Position numbers and translations under genes: made by a program. The notes under the pieces are model-generated. The model was not told the DNA's origin. It worked only from the letters and a program-made list of their open reading frames with translations, and did not search any database. Below, one piece after another: positions 22,801-35,900 of a stretch of 64,000 bases of DNA. The stretch lies in contig CM106585.1 in assembly GCA_048013815.1 (NCBI GenBank), forward strand, positions 11,718,001 through 11,782,000, given 5' to 3'. Numbering within the stretch: position 1 is the first letter of the stretch; every line of letters begins with the position of its first letter. Source of the stretch: Setoptus koraiensis. Taxonomy: Eukaryota > Animalia > Arthropoda.

Positions 22801-24423
22801 GCACAACAGCACCACATCGGGCGAGAGTTACGCCGACCGGCTGGCCGGCGACCTGTCGGGTACGTCGGGTCGCACGGGTCGCAGCAGCGCCGACGTGGCG
22901 CTGGCCGCCTCGCTAAGATCAGCGCTAAGCCGGCACCAGGGCGCCGCCACCGACGGGGCCGCATCGGCGGGCCCCAATCAGCGGTTCTCCATAAGCTCGA
23001 GCTCGACGGAACTAAATCACGCAAGCTCCATGGGGGGCGCCATACACAAGTCACAGCAACAAATGAGACGGCGCAAGAGGCGCGCCCGCCGGCAGCGCCA
23101 ACTGGCCGACGGCAAGGGCAGCCAGGAGGCCCGGCAGACCGCGTCGTGCTCGCACAAGCCGCATTTGCCCGACGACGCCGACGACGACGACGACCAGGAG
23201 CAGCTGATACGGAGCGGCGCAAACTCGGTGTTCGGCTCGATATCGAGCCGGCCGGGCAGCCGGCTCGACAGCGACGCGCACGAGTCCGAGCTCGAGGTCA
23301 GGGGTGGGTATTGGCAATTGCGTCACGATCATCGATTGATATCTCTGTTGAAATTCGCGATCTGTTCATCTCACTAATTGTACTCTCTAATCGCCCCTCC
23401 CTCCCCCCCATTGAAATGTCAACGATGCGCAGAAATGAGGGCCGAGCGACCCATCGCCGACATGAACTCCGCCAGTCTGTAAGTAGCCCGACAGTTGCGA
23501 CCATAATAACCGACCAATTTTGAAACACTAATACTAATACATCCGTATCCGTTCGCCCATACCCGCACCGCGTCAACACGCCCAACAGGGAGCGCCAGTG
23601 CCGCGAGCTTTGGAAGCTGCGCGCCGCCCTCTACGAGGACGCCCCCGTCGACACCTGGTCCAACTATCACCAGCGCCTGTCGAGGCGCTACGATTCCGGC
23701 TACAAGTCCCTAGAAACGCCTGTTACCCAGAACAATTCCCTCGACGGGCCGTTCGTGTCCGGGGCCATCGGGCAGCAACAGGCGGCCGCGGCGGCCAACT
23801 TCAGTGCCAACCAACTGGCCAACAATGGCCGCGTGCCAACAACACCGCCGGCCAGTGTTGGCGGCGTCCCGTGCCCGGCCGGCACACCGCCGGCCACCCC
23901 CTCCGCACAGCAGCCAATGACAACGAGATCATCGTCGGAGCTGACCGGCTCAGGCTGTCACCAGTACCAACAGCAACAATCGCTAGTTAGGCACATACAG
24001 CAAAGCAGTCAGCGGCGATACAGTTTCTGCTACCGGCGCCAGCAGCGGGCCGGCGCCCACAATCCGTCCTCTGTCGTGAGTGGTGCTGCCAGCAACGATT
24101 TGCAAGCGCAGTATCGTCGCCACACTGCGGCCCTTGACTGGCAACCGTCGTTTGGCCGGACATTCAATTCATCGCAACAACATTCCAGTTCAGTGGGGTC
24201 AGCAAGCGGCCCGTACGAGCCGTCCGCGTCGAGCCTCACCGGCCCGTTAGGCGCGGCCAGCGTGTCGGACGGCGATTCGACGGGCCGGCAAGCGCGCCCG
24301 CAACAACAACAGCAAGCTCAATTGCACCCGCACCAACAGACCAGTGCCAATGCCGCTGCAAATGGTTACGCAAGTGAACAACGTCCACCGCACGCAAACG
24401 ATGAGCCAGCCAACGATGAATGA
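15659..24423 (+). CDS. CBARP/BARP-like (voltage-gated Ca2+ channel beta-subunit-associated regulatory protein-like) single-pass membrane protein, 6 exons, about 2053 aa
   Basis: Predicted exons 15659-15967, 16653-16684, 18250-21334, 21449-23303, 23433-23478 and 23589-24423. All GT-AG, phases 0/2/0/1/2 match, total 6162 nt (divisible by 3). Short T/P-rich N-terminus with an NQS sequon, TM helix VALIGIVLGCALAILTLLIVIY, juxtamembrane CRYC, and cytoplasmic motifs CRELWKLRAALYE and RYDSGYKSLE. These resemble recalled human CBARP YRDLWSLRASLEL and QMDSGYASIE. Confidence 0.72.
16269..16311. repeat. Perfect 19-bp stem hairpin with 5-nt loop (TGATGTAACTGTCGCTCGT-tagcc-ACGAGCGACAGTTACATCA) in intron 1 of the CBARP-like gene
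   Basis: Arms are exact reverse complements. Confidence 0.95.
17705..17761. repeat. 17-bp tandem repeat, 3.3 copies (ATCCGCACAATCAACTT)
   Basis: Read directly. Confidence 0.95.
17931..18066. repeat. Degenerate GGAAATTCGAAACTG / GGAAAATT tandem array
   Basis: Near-exact 15-bp units around 17946-18000 with degenerate flanking copies. Confidence 0.85.
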
Positions 24424-27400
24424 GGAGCCAATGAGGACCGCGACTAACGCACGGAGATTATACACACACCCACACACACACTTTTGGAGAGGCAACAAGT
24501 GTCCAATGATTGATGTTTAGAGGTGATTCAGTCGACAATCATCGCCACGCACTTTGATAACCCGCGATTGGGCGGCGCCATTCACAACTTCCGGTGGCCC
24601 GCACTCACGATCCGTGGCCGGATGCCAGCGGATGTTGCCGAGTGCCGGCCGCGCGGCCCCCGCGTTGGATGGGTGGCCGCGGCGCGCGCCCAAGCCTACA
24701 CACACACACCAGCACACACACACAACGACGGCCCAACGGGAACGGGACCCGGCCACAAGAAATCCAGGCACGCACACATATGAGAGCGGCGGGCCCGAGA
24801 TATTTAGCCATGCCCGGCGCCAATGTGTGTGGGCAACACTGGAATGCTCAATTTTTATCTCTCGTCAGCACATCTATTATGATCGTACTCACTATATACA
24901 CACGACTCGAGACTTGAGACTGTTTGTCTCGTTTGTCACCATAATCGCGGCAGCGGAAACGCGGTACGCCACACAGCAACCTGTTGTGAGCGCAACACTA
25001 GTGAAAGCAATTCGAATCGCCTAGCTGATTAGTCGCTTGCAATTGTTAAAATTGTTTGTTAATTGATTGATCGCAAGTCACGTCTTCCCTTGCGCCGCTC
25101 GCGATGTCCCGCCATCAACCGACGGTGACGCACCCCAACCAGTACTGTACCCCACATGTACCCTTGTAATAAAGCCATCGCGACCGACCGGTCGCAGCTT
25201 CCACCTTGTCGCCTGTCCCGCGTCGTTTTGTACTTGTCGCAGTTTGTTCGCCCGCTCGGGCCGCTCGAACGGGCACCCGAGAATCGTATTTGGTTGCCGG
25301 TGTCGCTGCATGACACTGGGCCTCGAACAAGTGCGCCGCGGCGCCCATGGGTGGCGCCACTCGCCAGCGCGACCAATCAGCGGCTCCGGTCGGCGAGCTG
25401 GTGCTCGGGCCGGAGCCAACTATCGCCCTCTGTGTGTCGGTGCGCGAATAACGGCCACCGTAATGGGCACAACACACACATATCTCTTCATCTCCGCCCG
25501 TGCCACTCTCCGAATGGGGCGCCCGGGTGTGTGTGTGTGTGTGCGACTGCTATCATGATAAGAGCAAGACAGATTAGACAGTTTAACGGGCGGCCGAGTG
25601 TGCGATATGGCTCGTGCACGAGCCGCCAGCGAGCGGCCAGCCGATCGAGATCTGGGCGCCAGTGGTCTAAATAGATATCGGCGGGACGCAGTCAAGTTGG
25701 CTGAACACTGACTGACAGTGTTGCGACACCAACGCTGACGAGCGGGCTTGATACAAATGTAAATGCGAGCAAACGCCAATGTCAAACGCACTGACTGGGT
25801 AATCTGATCGGCGCCCCGAGCTGCGTGCGGCCGCCAGTCGAACGAAAGGAATTTCGCTGAACAGGCAAGGAGTGGGGCCCCCGCCGACTGCGACACCTCT
25901 CGATCTGGCGGCAGGGCAATCTGGCCGAGAGCACACACTCTGACTGCACACTGGCGGTGGGGCCCGACGCATTAGGCGCTAATACATATGGCGCGCACAT
26001 TAGGTAGGCGGATAATTGAGCGATAATTCTAATTATTGTGCGCAGACGGCCGGCGCTCGCACGGGCCCACACTCGCACTGGCCCACACTCGCACTGGCCC
26101 ACACGCCGGACTAGCGCGAGCCAAATGGCCGACGAGTGTTCCGCCGGGCCGCGCCGCGCCGACGTGCCCGCCACGCGCGCAGCGGTGATCGGTTTGTCGG
26201 GCCGCTCGCTCGGGCCAACTGCGCGCAACTGGCGCTATTCACCGTCGAATACCGCTGGTCCGTCCATCCCTTGGCACGTCATCGCCGCATTCAGTGCACG
26301 TCGCCAGCGCGCCGCGGCCCCAATGTGGCGCGTGAATGATTCACGGTGAATATCCAGCCAATATCCGCGCCTCGTGCTGGCAATCGTCGCGCCAGACAAA
26401 GCTCGCAATTGTCCGGCGCGACTCGCCGGAGCCCACCTGGTATCATACTGACATACCAGTGGTATGTCAGTGTACTAGTCGGCAATTGTTGTAAAGGCGA
26501 TTGTTGTAGAGGCGCTCTGGCTGGTGGCGCTGCCAGTTTTTCATTGGGCGCGCGCAGTGGCACGCAGCGGCGCGGGCACCCAATTAGGGGCCGCTTGGCG
26601 CGCCACTAATACAGCAACTAATTCAATTGGCGGCCGCAGCGACAATGCGCGCGGCCCGTCGTCACCTGTTCGCGGCTGCCCATCGATGACGGACGATGAT
26701 AATCTGTTCAGGTGCGGGCCGCCCAAACGACCCGCCCGGCGCCCAGTGAAAAGACCAGGTGAGCCGCTGTCAAACACTCAATCAGCCGGCAGCGGCGCCC
26801 GGATTAGCTGTTGGTGATTAGCGGTGCCGGGCGCTGGCCGGCCGGCTCAGATTAGGCCACCACCGCTAGATTAGACTCATCATGGTTGCTGCTACAATCT
26901 GCCGGTGGTGTCGCTGCACAGACTGAACCGGCAGCACCAGATTGTATCAGGGGATGCTGCGCAACGATACAAGTGTCCAGCGCAAGATGATGAAGTCACT
27001 GACAAGTCGCCGGGCAGCGGGCTCATCAATAATTGATAAATCACACACACGCACACACACACACACACACAGTCTTAAGACGAAGATAAACGATTGGGCG
27101 CCCGCTCGAGACACCATGTCACATAGGCTGTGTGACGTGATGTGCCCTGTGGCGCGTCTCGCCGGCGGCTTGCAGCGAACGACAATCGTCATATTGATTC
27201 AATGTCACCATTATTGTGTGCCGAGAGCAAAAAGATGCGCCCAATCTCGCTAGCTTGCCACTTTTGAGGACCCGCTCGCTGCAAACGTAGCTGCTGGCTC
27301 GCAGCCACCGACTCACGAGTTGTGAGGCACAACTGAGCGGCCCGGCCGGACACGTAGCGCCGCCGTTGTGTGCAATTGACAACAGCAACAACACGTGCTG

Positions 27401-29949
27401 CTGGTCCGGCCAGCCAGACGGGCCGGCCGTGCGGACGAGCGGACGGGGCCACGATTGAGCAAGCTGCAGGGAGCTCATTAGATCGCGCACAGTGGCATAG
27501 CTAGTTGCACACACAACAATTGCGCAATCTGGCCAGCCAGCCAACAAGCCAGCCAACAAGGCGGCCAACAAGGCGGCCACCAAGGCCGCCGACGGGCGCA
27601 CAAGAGAATGGGCCGAACGGGCTCAATGGCGGGCAAGCGGGCGGTGTCAATGGCAGGCAATTTAGTTTGGCCCGACGGCTGATCGTATCGCGACACACAC
27701 ACGCTGACCACTAAGCCCGTGTGTCGCGATCATGTTTTGTTGTTGGCCGCCGTTCAACGGGCCACTGGAGCAAGCGCTCACAACCGACCGTTGGCAGCGC
27801 CAGCACTGACGGATCGCCGAATCAATGGACCTTGGGCCGCCGCCGAATCCGCTGGCGCCCCTCGGCCGCCATTCGGCCGCCATTTGGTTATCGGGTTGCT
27901 GGGCCACTCGGCCATTCGGTTATCGGGCTGCCGGGCCACTGGGCCATTAGGCCGTTTGGCCGTTTGGCCATTTGGCCATTTGACCATTTGGCCATTTGGC
28001 AAGCTGATAGCCGCGCCACTCCGGCGTGATGGGCTAGATGGCGCGCACATAGCGGCGCTAGGCGCCTAGCGCGTTCGCGGACTGGCCAGCGACGTGTCGT
28101 GAATTCGCACACACACACACACACACACACGCACAACACGCCGCCGCTCGCCGACACCAAGACACACCCACACGCACGGTGCGTCGGCGAGGCCGCCGAC
28201 GGGCAACTGCTCAGCTGCCCGGCGAGCGGCGCTGCCCAGATGCCCGCCAGACAGTACGTGTGTGTGTGTGTGTGTGTGTGTGCTGGCGTTGCGCAATTGC
28301 AGCCAGCAGTCTGTCCCGTCTGGCTGGCTGGGTGTTGCTTCGCACAAAACTTTTTTCCCCATTACCTAGCCTGCTGCTGCCGCGGCCGCCGCTGCTGTTC
28401 GGGCCCGTCGGGCTGCCAAATCGGGTCTGCCGCGGCGGCCGCCGCCGCCTGCTGCACATTACGCTAACGCAGCGGCGGCGGCGGCGGGGGGGGGCGCAAA
28501 AATCAGCGGGTGCGAGTTGTCGGCAGGATCGTTTGGCTGGCGTCGGCAGCGTCGCTGATGCTGCTGGCCCCCATCTCACTTTGCCATTATGTCACTGCTC
28601 GCCTATCAATTTGTTTCTTTACGTAGCCCGTTCGCTGCTGTGCGGCGGCCTTCCCACACGCATTCTTGTGTGTGCGTGTGTGTGTGTGTGTGTGCGCGCG
28701 ATGCCCATCAAGACTCCCGCAAGGTGCTTGTGTAGACGCTGCATCAGCAGACGGCGCGCGCTGCTGGCCTGGCAAAAACAGCGGCTCGCCGCCGACAGCG
28801 AGCGGCCCCACGATCAGGCTGGCAGCGCCAGCTATTTTTGTGCCAGCTATTTTTGCCGTCGCTGCACTGGCGGCCCGCTGCACGGGGGCCAATCTGTGCC
28901 GTTTGCGGCGAGCCTGTCCCGGCGGAGGGGCCCCAGCGGCGCTGCGCCCGACGGTGTGGCGGACAGCACGGCGCGATGCGATTGGTCGGTCCGCCAGCGA
29001 GCGTGTGGGGCTCGCCTTGTGTGCAGTGCGCCCCTCCTCCATTGTGTGTGTGTGTGTGTTTGCGCACACACATCGGGAACACACCTAGCGCCCCCCCCCT
29101 CGCCGCCGCCTGATACGCTGCTTAACATGCAGCCGTACAGCCATGTGCTGCATGTATCGGTCAGGTGCTTGTGTACACAGATGACTCAAGAGCACATGAG
29201 GCCAGTAAAGTTTACTTCGTTTGCTCATGGCGCATCACTCGCGCACTGGATGAGGGGGGTGGGGGCACGCAAACACACACGCACACACACGTTGCAACTG
29301 GCCGAACGGGGCTCGTGGGCCAGCGGGTTGTGTGTGTGCGGGTGCTTGTGTAAACTACTCTATCTAATTTATCTGCTCTCTGTGCTGGGCCGCCGCTGCG
29401 TAAAGCGCTGCGGCATTCGCCCTGCACACACACACACACACACACACACAATTAGTATAGCGAACTATACAGCGACTAGCACACAGTGTGCATAGTTCGG
29501 GGCAAAAATGGGGCCCGAACGCACACACACACAAGCACATGGTGCGCGGGGCGCACGCTCACAGGCGCACAAGCTGACTGACAATCAACACAGAGGACGA
29601 ATCAATTGGCAGAGGCGTAGCGGCAGCGCGCAAAGTCGGGGGGCTCGCACAGGGATGAGAATCATCTTTATTTAACATCTCGGCATCGACGACGACGACG
29701 ACGACGACGACGACATAATCATCCGCTACAGCACGCTGAGCCATCACATACTGTAGTATATGTGTGTGTGTGTGTGTGCTATACCATATAACAAGTATGC
29801 AACAAATGTACACATGCACCCCATGCTCTGCCAATGTGCGCTGGGGCTGGCGGCCAAAATAGAACTGTACACTATGAGGCCGCTCGAGCTGCTTGCGCTG
29901 CTGGGGCCAGATTGCCGCTTTGCACACTCTAGTCTGTGTGGTTGTGTGC

Positions 29950-29952
<3 letters not shown>

Positions 29953-29998
<46 letters not shown>
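29953..29998. repeat. (TG)n microsatellite, one of many (CA/TG)n tracts between 24 and 33 kb and 54 and 61 kb
   Basis: Read directly. Confidence 0.95.
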
Positions 29999-30001
<3 letters not shown>

Positions 30002-30182
30002 CTGTGGTGCAGACTCTGCAGAGGGCAAGGGGAGAGAACTTTTTGTAGATTTGTTCGGCAATATAGTATACAGTATACTGTATACTGTTGGGGCACGCAC
30101 GGACGCACGCACAGACGCACGCATAGAAATAGAATGCCATTTACTATCAATAGAAGCTAGCTACAGAATAATGGAACCAACG

Positions 30183-30216
<34 letters not shown>

Positions 30217-30534
30217 CAAATAGAGGGGAGAGAGAAGGATAAGAATTTTCGAATTTGACTGTATTATATCGTCATTTAAAGAGCGACGGTCCGAACAAAC
30301 GAACGACCAACGAACAAATCAATGAGAGAGCCAACACCAACCAACAGCAGCATATTTGATTATTACATCATATTATCGTCGCCAATAATGCAATGTACTA
30401 TTATTGACCATACATTACCGAACAACAATTATATTTGTGAGAATAAGCAGCGCCATAACATCGAGCCAAAGATACGTCTCTTGCATAACATCGCAAGAGT
30501 ACATATATAAATATCTCAATAGATATAGTTAGAT

Positions 30535-30612
30535 TCATATATCACCATCTACATATATATAATATATATATTTATTCGCTAACAATATATATATATATAC
30601 ACACACACACAT

Positions 30613-30645
<33 letters not shown>

Positions 30646-30732
30646 CAGGCATATATATATATATATATCTTCAGATAGATAGATAGACCCTATGCACAGA
30701 TAACAGCACGCACACACAGACACACACACACA

Positions 30733-30768
<36 letters not shown>

Positions 30769-30965
30769 TACAGACACACATACATACAGATACACATACG
30801 TACGGAAGAAATTATTATATATAGAGAATATTATTATATAGATAACAATATTCATTCAGATATATATTTATACGTATCTATGTACACGTAATCTTTTATT
30901 TATATGTATATACGTATGTATTTACAAATTAGTGTCCCTTAAATCATCAAACACACACACACACA
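30535..30965. repeat. Compound (TA)n/(CA)n/(CT)n microsatellite block upstream of G-alpha-o
   Basis: Read directly. Confidence 0.9.
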
Positions 30966-31464
30966 CCACAGCATCATACATATATTATTGATCTACTTAT
31001 TATCAGCAACCAATTACTCACAATATTGGGTAACAATCAAACCAGCGCGCACACACACACACACTCACATATTGGCTCACACAAACACCTATTATGCATA
31101 CCTACTGTATCATTTGAGACGACATTTAGTAGCATACTGTTACTCGGACTATTATTATTAACAACATATCCAGACAATTGGATAATTAGAGCATTATTGT
31201 ATCTAGTGGACACCTCGGAAAATCGTGGGCCAGCCAGAGAACAACCTAAGGAGGGCTAGCCAATACCGAAAAACTTGCGGTTCTTTTAGTCATTCTAAAC
31301 GCGAAGGAACTAGTATCTTATTAGCGATAATAATTATCCATCGCCATCGTGACATAAAGATACAATACACTCAAATATATAGAACAGGCCAGTTCTTGAA
31401 AAGCACGTGCAAACATTTGTTGGCATACACAAATTAGTTGAGGAAAAACCATCAAAGAGCAACC

Positions 31465-32529
31465 ATGGGCTGCGCCATGTCTGCCGAGGAGCGGGCTGCT
31501 CTTGCCAGATCAAAACAAATTGAGAAAAATTTGAAAGAGGACGGCATTCAAGCCGCAAGAGATATTAAATTACTATTGTTAGGTGCTGGCGAATCGGGTA
31601 AATCCACTATTGTTAAACAAATGAAAATTATACATGATTCCGGTTTCACGCAAGAGGATTTTCGCCAATACAAGCCAGTAGTTTATTCTAATACAATACA
31701 ATCCATGGTTGCAATATTGCGAGCAATGCAATCATTACAATTACAATTTGGAGATGTTGACCGTGATTCTGACGCTAAGCTTGTATTTGATATTGTAACA
31801 AGAATGGAAGATACAGAACCATTTAGCGAAGAGTTTCTATTTGCTATGAAAAGGTTGTGGACGGATCATGGTGTACAGGAATGTTTTCAACGATCAAACG
31901 AATATCAATTGAATGATTCAGCAAAATACTTTTTAGATGATCTCGATCGTTTAGGGCGCAAAGAATATATGCCAACTGAACAGGACATATTAAGGACACG
32001 TGTTAAAACAACTGGTATTGTAGAGGTGCACTTCTCATTTAAGAATTTAAATTTTAAATTATTCGATGTTGGTGGTCAGCGTAGTGAACGTAAAAAATGG
32101 ATCCACTGTTTTGAAGATGTAACAGCAATCATATTCTGTGTTGCAATGTCAGAATACGATCAAGTACTACACGAGGATGAAACCACAAATCGAATGCAGG
32201 AATCATTGAAATTATTTGATTCGATATGTAATAACAAATGGTTCACAGATACATCTATAATATTATTTCTAAACAAAAAAGATTTATTTGAGGAAAAAAT
32301 TAAAAAATCACCACTAACGATATGTTTCCCAGAGTATACAGGTGAGTTAAGTTATAATGAAGCTGCTGCTTACATACAAGCCCAATTCGAAGCCAAAAAC
32401 AAAAGTACAACCAAGGAGATCTATTGTCATATGACATGCGCCACTGATACAACAAACATACAGTTTGTATTTGATGCCGTCACCGATGTTATAATAGCTA
32501 ATAATTTACGTGGCTGCGGACTTTACTGA
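31465..32529 (+). CDS. Galphao: Heterotrimeric G protein alpha subunit, Go class, intronless, 354 aa
   Basis: [13 protein letters not shown]-terminus (myristoylation/palmitoylation), [10 protein letters not shown]-loop, DVGGQR, NKKD, TCATDT and the Go-specific C-terminus [12 protein letters not shown]. The real ATG is at 31465. Confidence 0.97.
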   Translation: MGCAMSAEERAALARSKQIEKNLKEDGIQAARDIKLLLLGAGESGKSTIVKQMKIIHDSGFTQEDFRQYKPVVYSNTIQSMVAILRAMQSLQLQFGDVDRDSDAKLVFDIVTRMEDTEPFSEEFLFAMKRLWTDHGVQECFQRSNEYQLNDSAKYFLDDLDRLGRKEYMPTEQDILRTRVKTTGIVEVHFSFKNLNFKLFDVGGQRSERKKWIHCFEDVTAIIFCVAMSEYDQVLHEDETTNRMQESLKLFDSICNNKWFTDTSIILFLNKKDLFEEKIKKSPLTICFPEYTGELSYNEAAAYIQAQFEAKNKSTTKEIYCHMTCATDTTNIQFVFDAVTDVIIANNLRGCGLY

Positions 32530-32819
32530 CACAACTCATCATTCAGTAGTCCCATCACCTAACAAAACAAGAAAACAATAGTTTATTCACACACCACACA
32601 ACCAGATATTAAAAGAAGAGAAGAGATTATAAAAGTTATTGTAAAATGATGGTATTATGATTCCGATAAGAACAACTATACAGAGCAATACAGTAAAATG
32701 ATGATGTTCCAGAAACAAGTTAGTCAACAACCAAACAACCATTATTACCAAACCAGTTAGAGAAAAAAAAAATTGAGGCGCAAAGAACAACAAAGCGAAT
32801 CCATGGGAACAAATTAACG

Positions 32820-32873
32820 CAACACACACACACACACACACCAACATACACACTTACACACACACACACACAC

Positions 32874-32910
<37 letters not shown>
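32820..32910. repeat. (CA)n microsatellite in the probable 3' UTR of G-alpha-o
   Basis: Read directly. Confidence 0.95.
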
Positions 32911-32912
<2 letters not shown>

Positions 32913-35900
32913 CAAATTCTTCAATGCCTGTGGAAAAAAGCAGCCAGCGTTATAACAATATCAGATAGCTCTTTTTACATGAACGAAAAAATATTGGAAA
33001 ATTATCATAACATGTCAACATTGATTATTGAATGTTGATGATCAAGAAGGACGAATTTATGTACTACTTTACCACCACACCACCCCTAAACACCAGAGAA
33101 AGAATTACTACATATTATTATATATGTAGATGGAGGTTTTAGTTTGGGCGCAACGATACTGGCGCCTAACTACAAAAATCTCCGTCTACACTATCACTAC
33201 CACCAACATCATCAACAAATCTTACAAGAGTCGAACATATAGTTAACGTCAGCGAGATATGTAAGTGACGACAATGTGTTTATTGCTAAGGCTTGTTAAT
33301 GTTTCCATTCGGGAGATAAGAGATAGAGAGGCTTTTATACAACGTCTCTTGATCCGTTGATAGTTGAATACCCTTCAGCGGCGGAAGTGAGAATCGAAGC
33401 TATTCAGGTTTGCGACAAGATCGTTATGTTCACCACAAGGGTTCCAAATGTAACCTATCTGCATAGTGAAGATGAGGCTCTTTGATCGGTCTTGGAAGCT
33501 GAAAACATCGTTTGTGTAACACAGGAACAGTCATCAAGACACTCTTAACCATCTGCATCATGGAGGTTTACTCATCTCTATATAGCACAACAAAAATTTA
33601 ATAACTTACTAACAACTTGGTGGAAAATAGAGTATCAGCATAGAAAGCGCGTTTGATGTTGTACATAGTGTACAGTTATTTGAGATTAATCAAGTGATTT
33701 GATGGAAAAGAGAGAGAGATGTTTTTCATTTCTTGATCTGTTCTATGCATTGTAAAAATATTGTAAGTACCACCACATAAGTTAGGTTGCCAATGAAGAT
33801 ATTCCATGTTCCACTCACAACTAACAATATTCTCTATAACATCGCACACACAAACAAACCTGGCTCACAACTTGCCTATACAAAAACCTGATTTTGTAGG
33901 AAATGCCAACTAGCCATCGGCAATAAGACATACACACAAACACACACTTATCATGGGTATAAACTATATACTTTCAAGGCATACTTTATAGAAGAAGCTT
34001 ACGTATAACAATGATCCTCCTTCATTATCACATCAACTAATTATGTCGCGCGCTTGCCTAATTATCAAGTCAAGCACGTGAGAATATCCAGCTTGAATTG
34101 GAGTTTTACATCATCTAGGTCGATAAAGCTTTTGATACGCTTATAATTAACAGTCACGACAACATGATTTTTGTAACCCAAGTGAGAAGTATTGTAACAT
34201 CTATCTTCAAATGTAGGTTACGTAATCAAGGACTTAAATTTGTTTAAACCTGGATGTGAGAAGAATATGACGGACTCACTTGCCAACATTGATTGATATG
34301 ATTTGATGATGGTTTGGAAGCCTGACAAATTCTAGTCTACGAATGCTACTTCTAGATCACTTTTGTTCTTTGAGGTGTTCTTCAACATGATAGTCATCAG
34401 CTAGTCATCTAAGACAAATGCACTGCACAATCTACAATTCACAATTAACAAGAAAGAACAGACGGTGCAAGCACTTAAAGAAACAAATGAATAGGACGAT
34501 ACAACCAATTAATGATTTTTACCATCACTCTGAATAGATCTGACTCGGTGTATTTGGAATCATCTCAATGTGTAAACATATTACAATTCTCATTATAATT
34601 TGATAATACAATGTAAAACGGAATGTATTATTTGAAAAAATAAGCAAAACAATGCAATTCGAAAACAAATACGGAAAGAACATATATAATTATAACAACA
34701 ACAACAACAAAGATAAATATATTTGCTCATAAGACAAAAATTCAAGACAACAACTGCTATGAAAAATGGAAGAACTCATAGATAAAAAAACCGAATACGA
34801 ACCCACTTACACACGCACACATGGACACAAGAAACAAGAGATCATAACAAACACCATGTATTCGAGATGATGTTTATCTATGAATAATGAAAAAAATTAA
34901 ATAAATCTCGATGTAAATTAACGATAACGATTGAAGTAATTGTATTGTTTGAAAGAATTCATTTGTTTTTCATACTTCAATGCTCCATTCTAAATTATGC
35001 CGCACGAAAGCTGCAGTTTTTACAATCAGTTTTTGCTTTGGCTTTGTCGATACACATATGAGACTTGTAAATGTAAAAATACATACTTCTTGCATGCAGT
35101 TAGTATGAAGGTGGAAAAAAGATTGGACCAAATGAGGTCTACTGCATAAAAATCATCTTTTTTTTATCAAAGGTCCATGAACTCACACCATTTTTAGATA
35201 CGTTTCAATGACCATGGTCTGTCTGTCTGGACCGATAAGATTTAGCCCGATTCAATGCTCCCAAGCGTGGAGTAAACCTGTATAGGTGTCGAACAATTTG
35301 TTTGTGAAAGTGAAAGAATGATTTAGAGTCCGAATCGGGGCTGTAATATCGAAGCCTCACTATGGATCAATGACACTATAAATATTTTATTGTGATATTG
35401 AACTAAGGAATAGAAAACTTATAAATTACTAAAAGAGGACTCCAAAATAATTCTACAGTAGTTTAATGCTCTAACGGCTACATAAACGCGAACGGAGCTT
35501 CATGTGAATTATCTATTTACCGTAGAGGCATCGTACTTCAAATTCAATTTATTCATGGCAACTCTCAACTTTCCGATGGATGTATGAGGTCAAGGTTTAC
35601 TGTTTCTTTTTTTTTGTTTAGTTTTGGTCTACTCGCTTATGTAGGCACGCAATATAAGGGCCAATGACAAGGTCCGACTAGACATTGATGCTGATGTTGG
35701 TTAGAATGACTGCTAGCAATTTGATCACGATAGCTAAAATAGAAAACTTTTTCGAGAGAGCTGCTCTGAGCAACTGTCTTGATGGTATGGCTGTAAAGAC
35801 AGGACAGAAACGAATGTTTATCTGCGTGTTTCAACAAATGATACATATGTAAAAGTACAAACAATGTACAAGAGGTTGTGAGTGTTCCAAACAAAATAAT

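Noticed and set aside
28179-29495. 438-aa ORF
   Set aside because: Runs through (GT)n tracts (VCVC) in GC-rich non-coding DNA with no domain; overlapping frames are similarly open.
31438-31464. TTG-initiated 9-aa extension of G-alpha-o
   Set aside because: Would block N-myristoylation of Gly2; the ATG at 31465 gives the canonical N-terminus.
33340-33490. About 50-codon open frame in the G-alpha-o downstream region
   Set aside because: No start context or recognisable homology; probably 3' UTR or intergenic.
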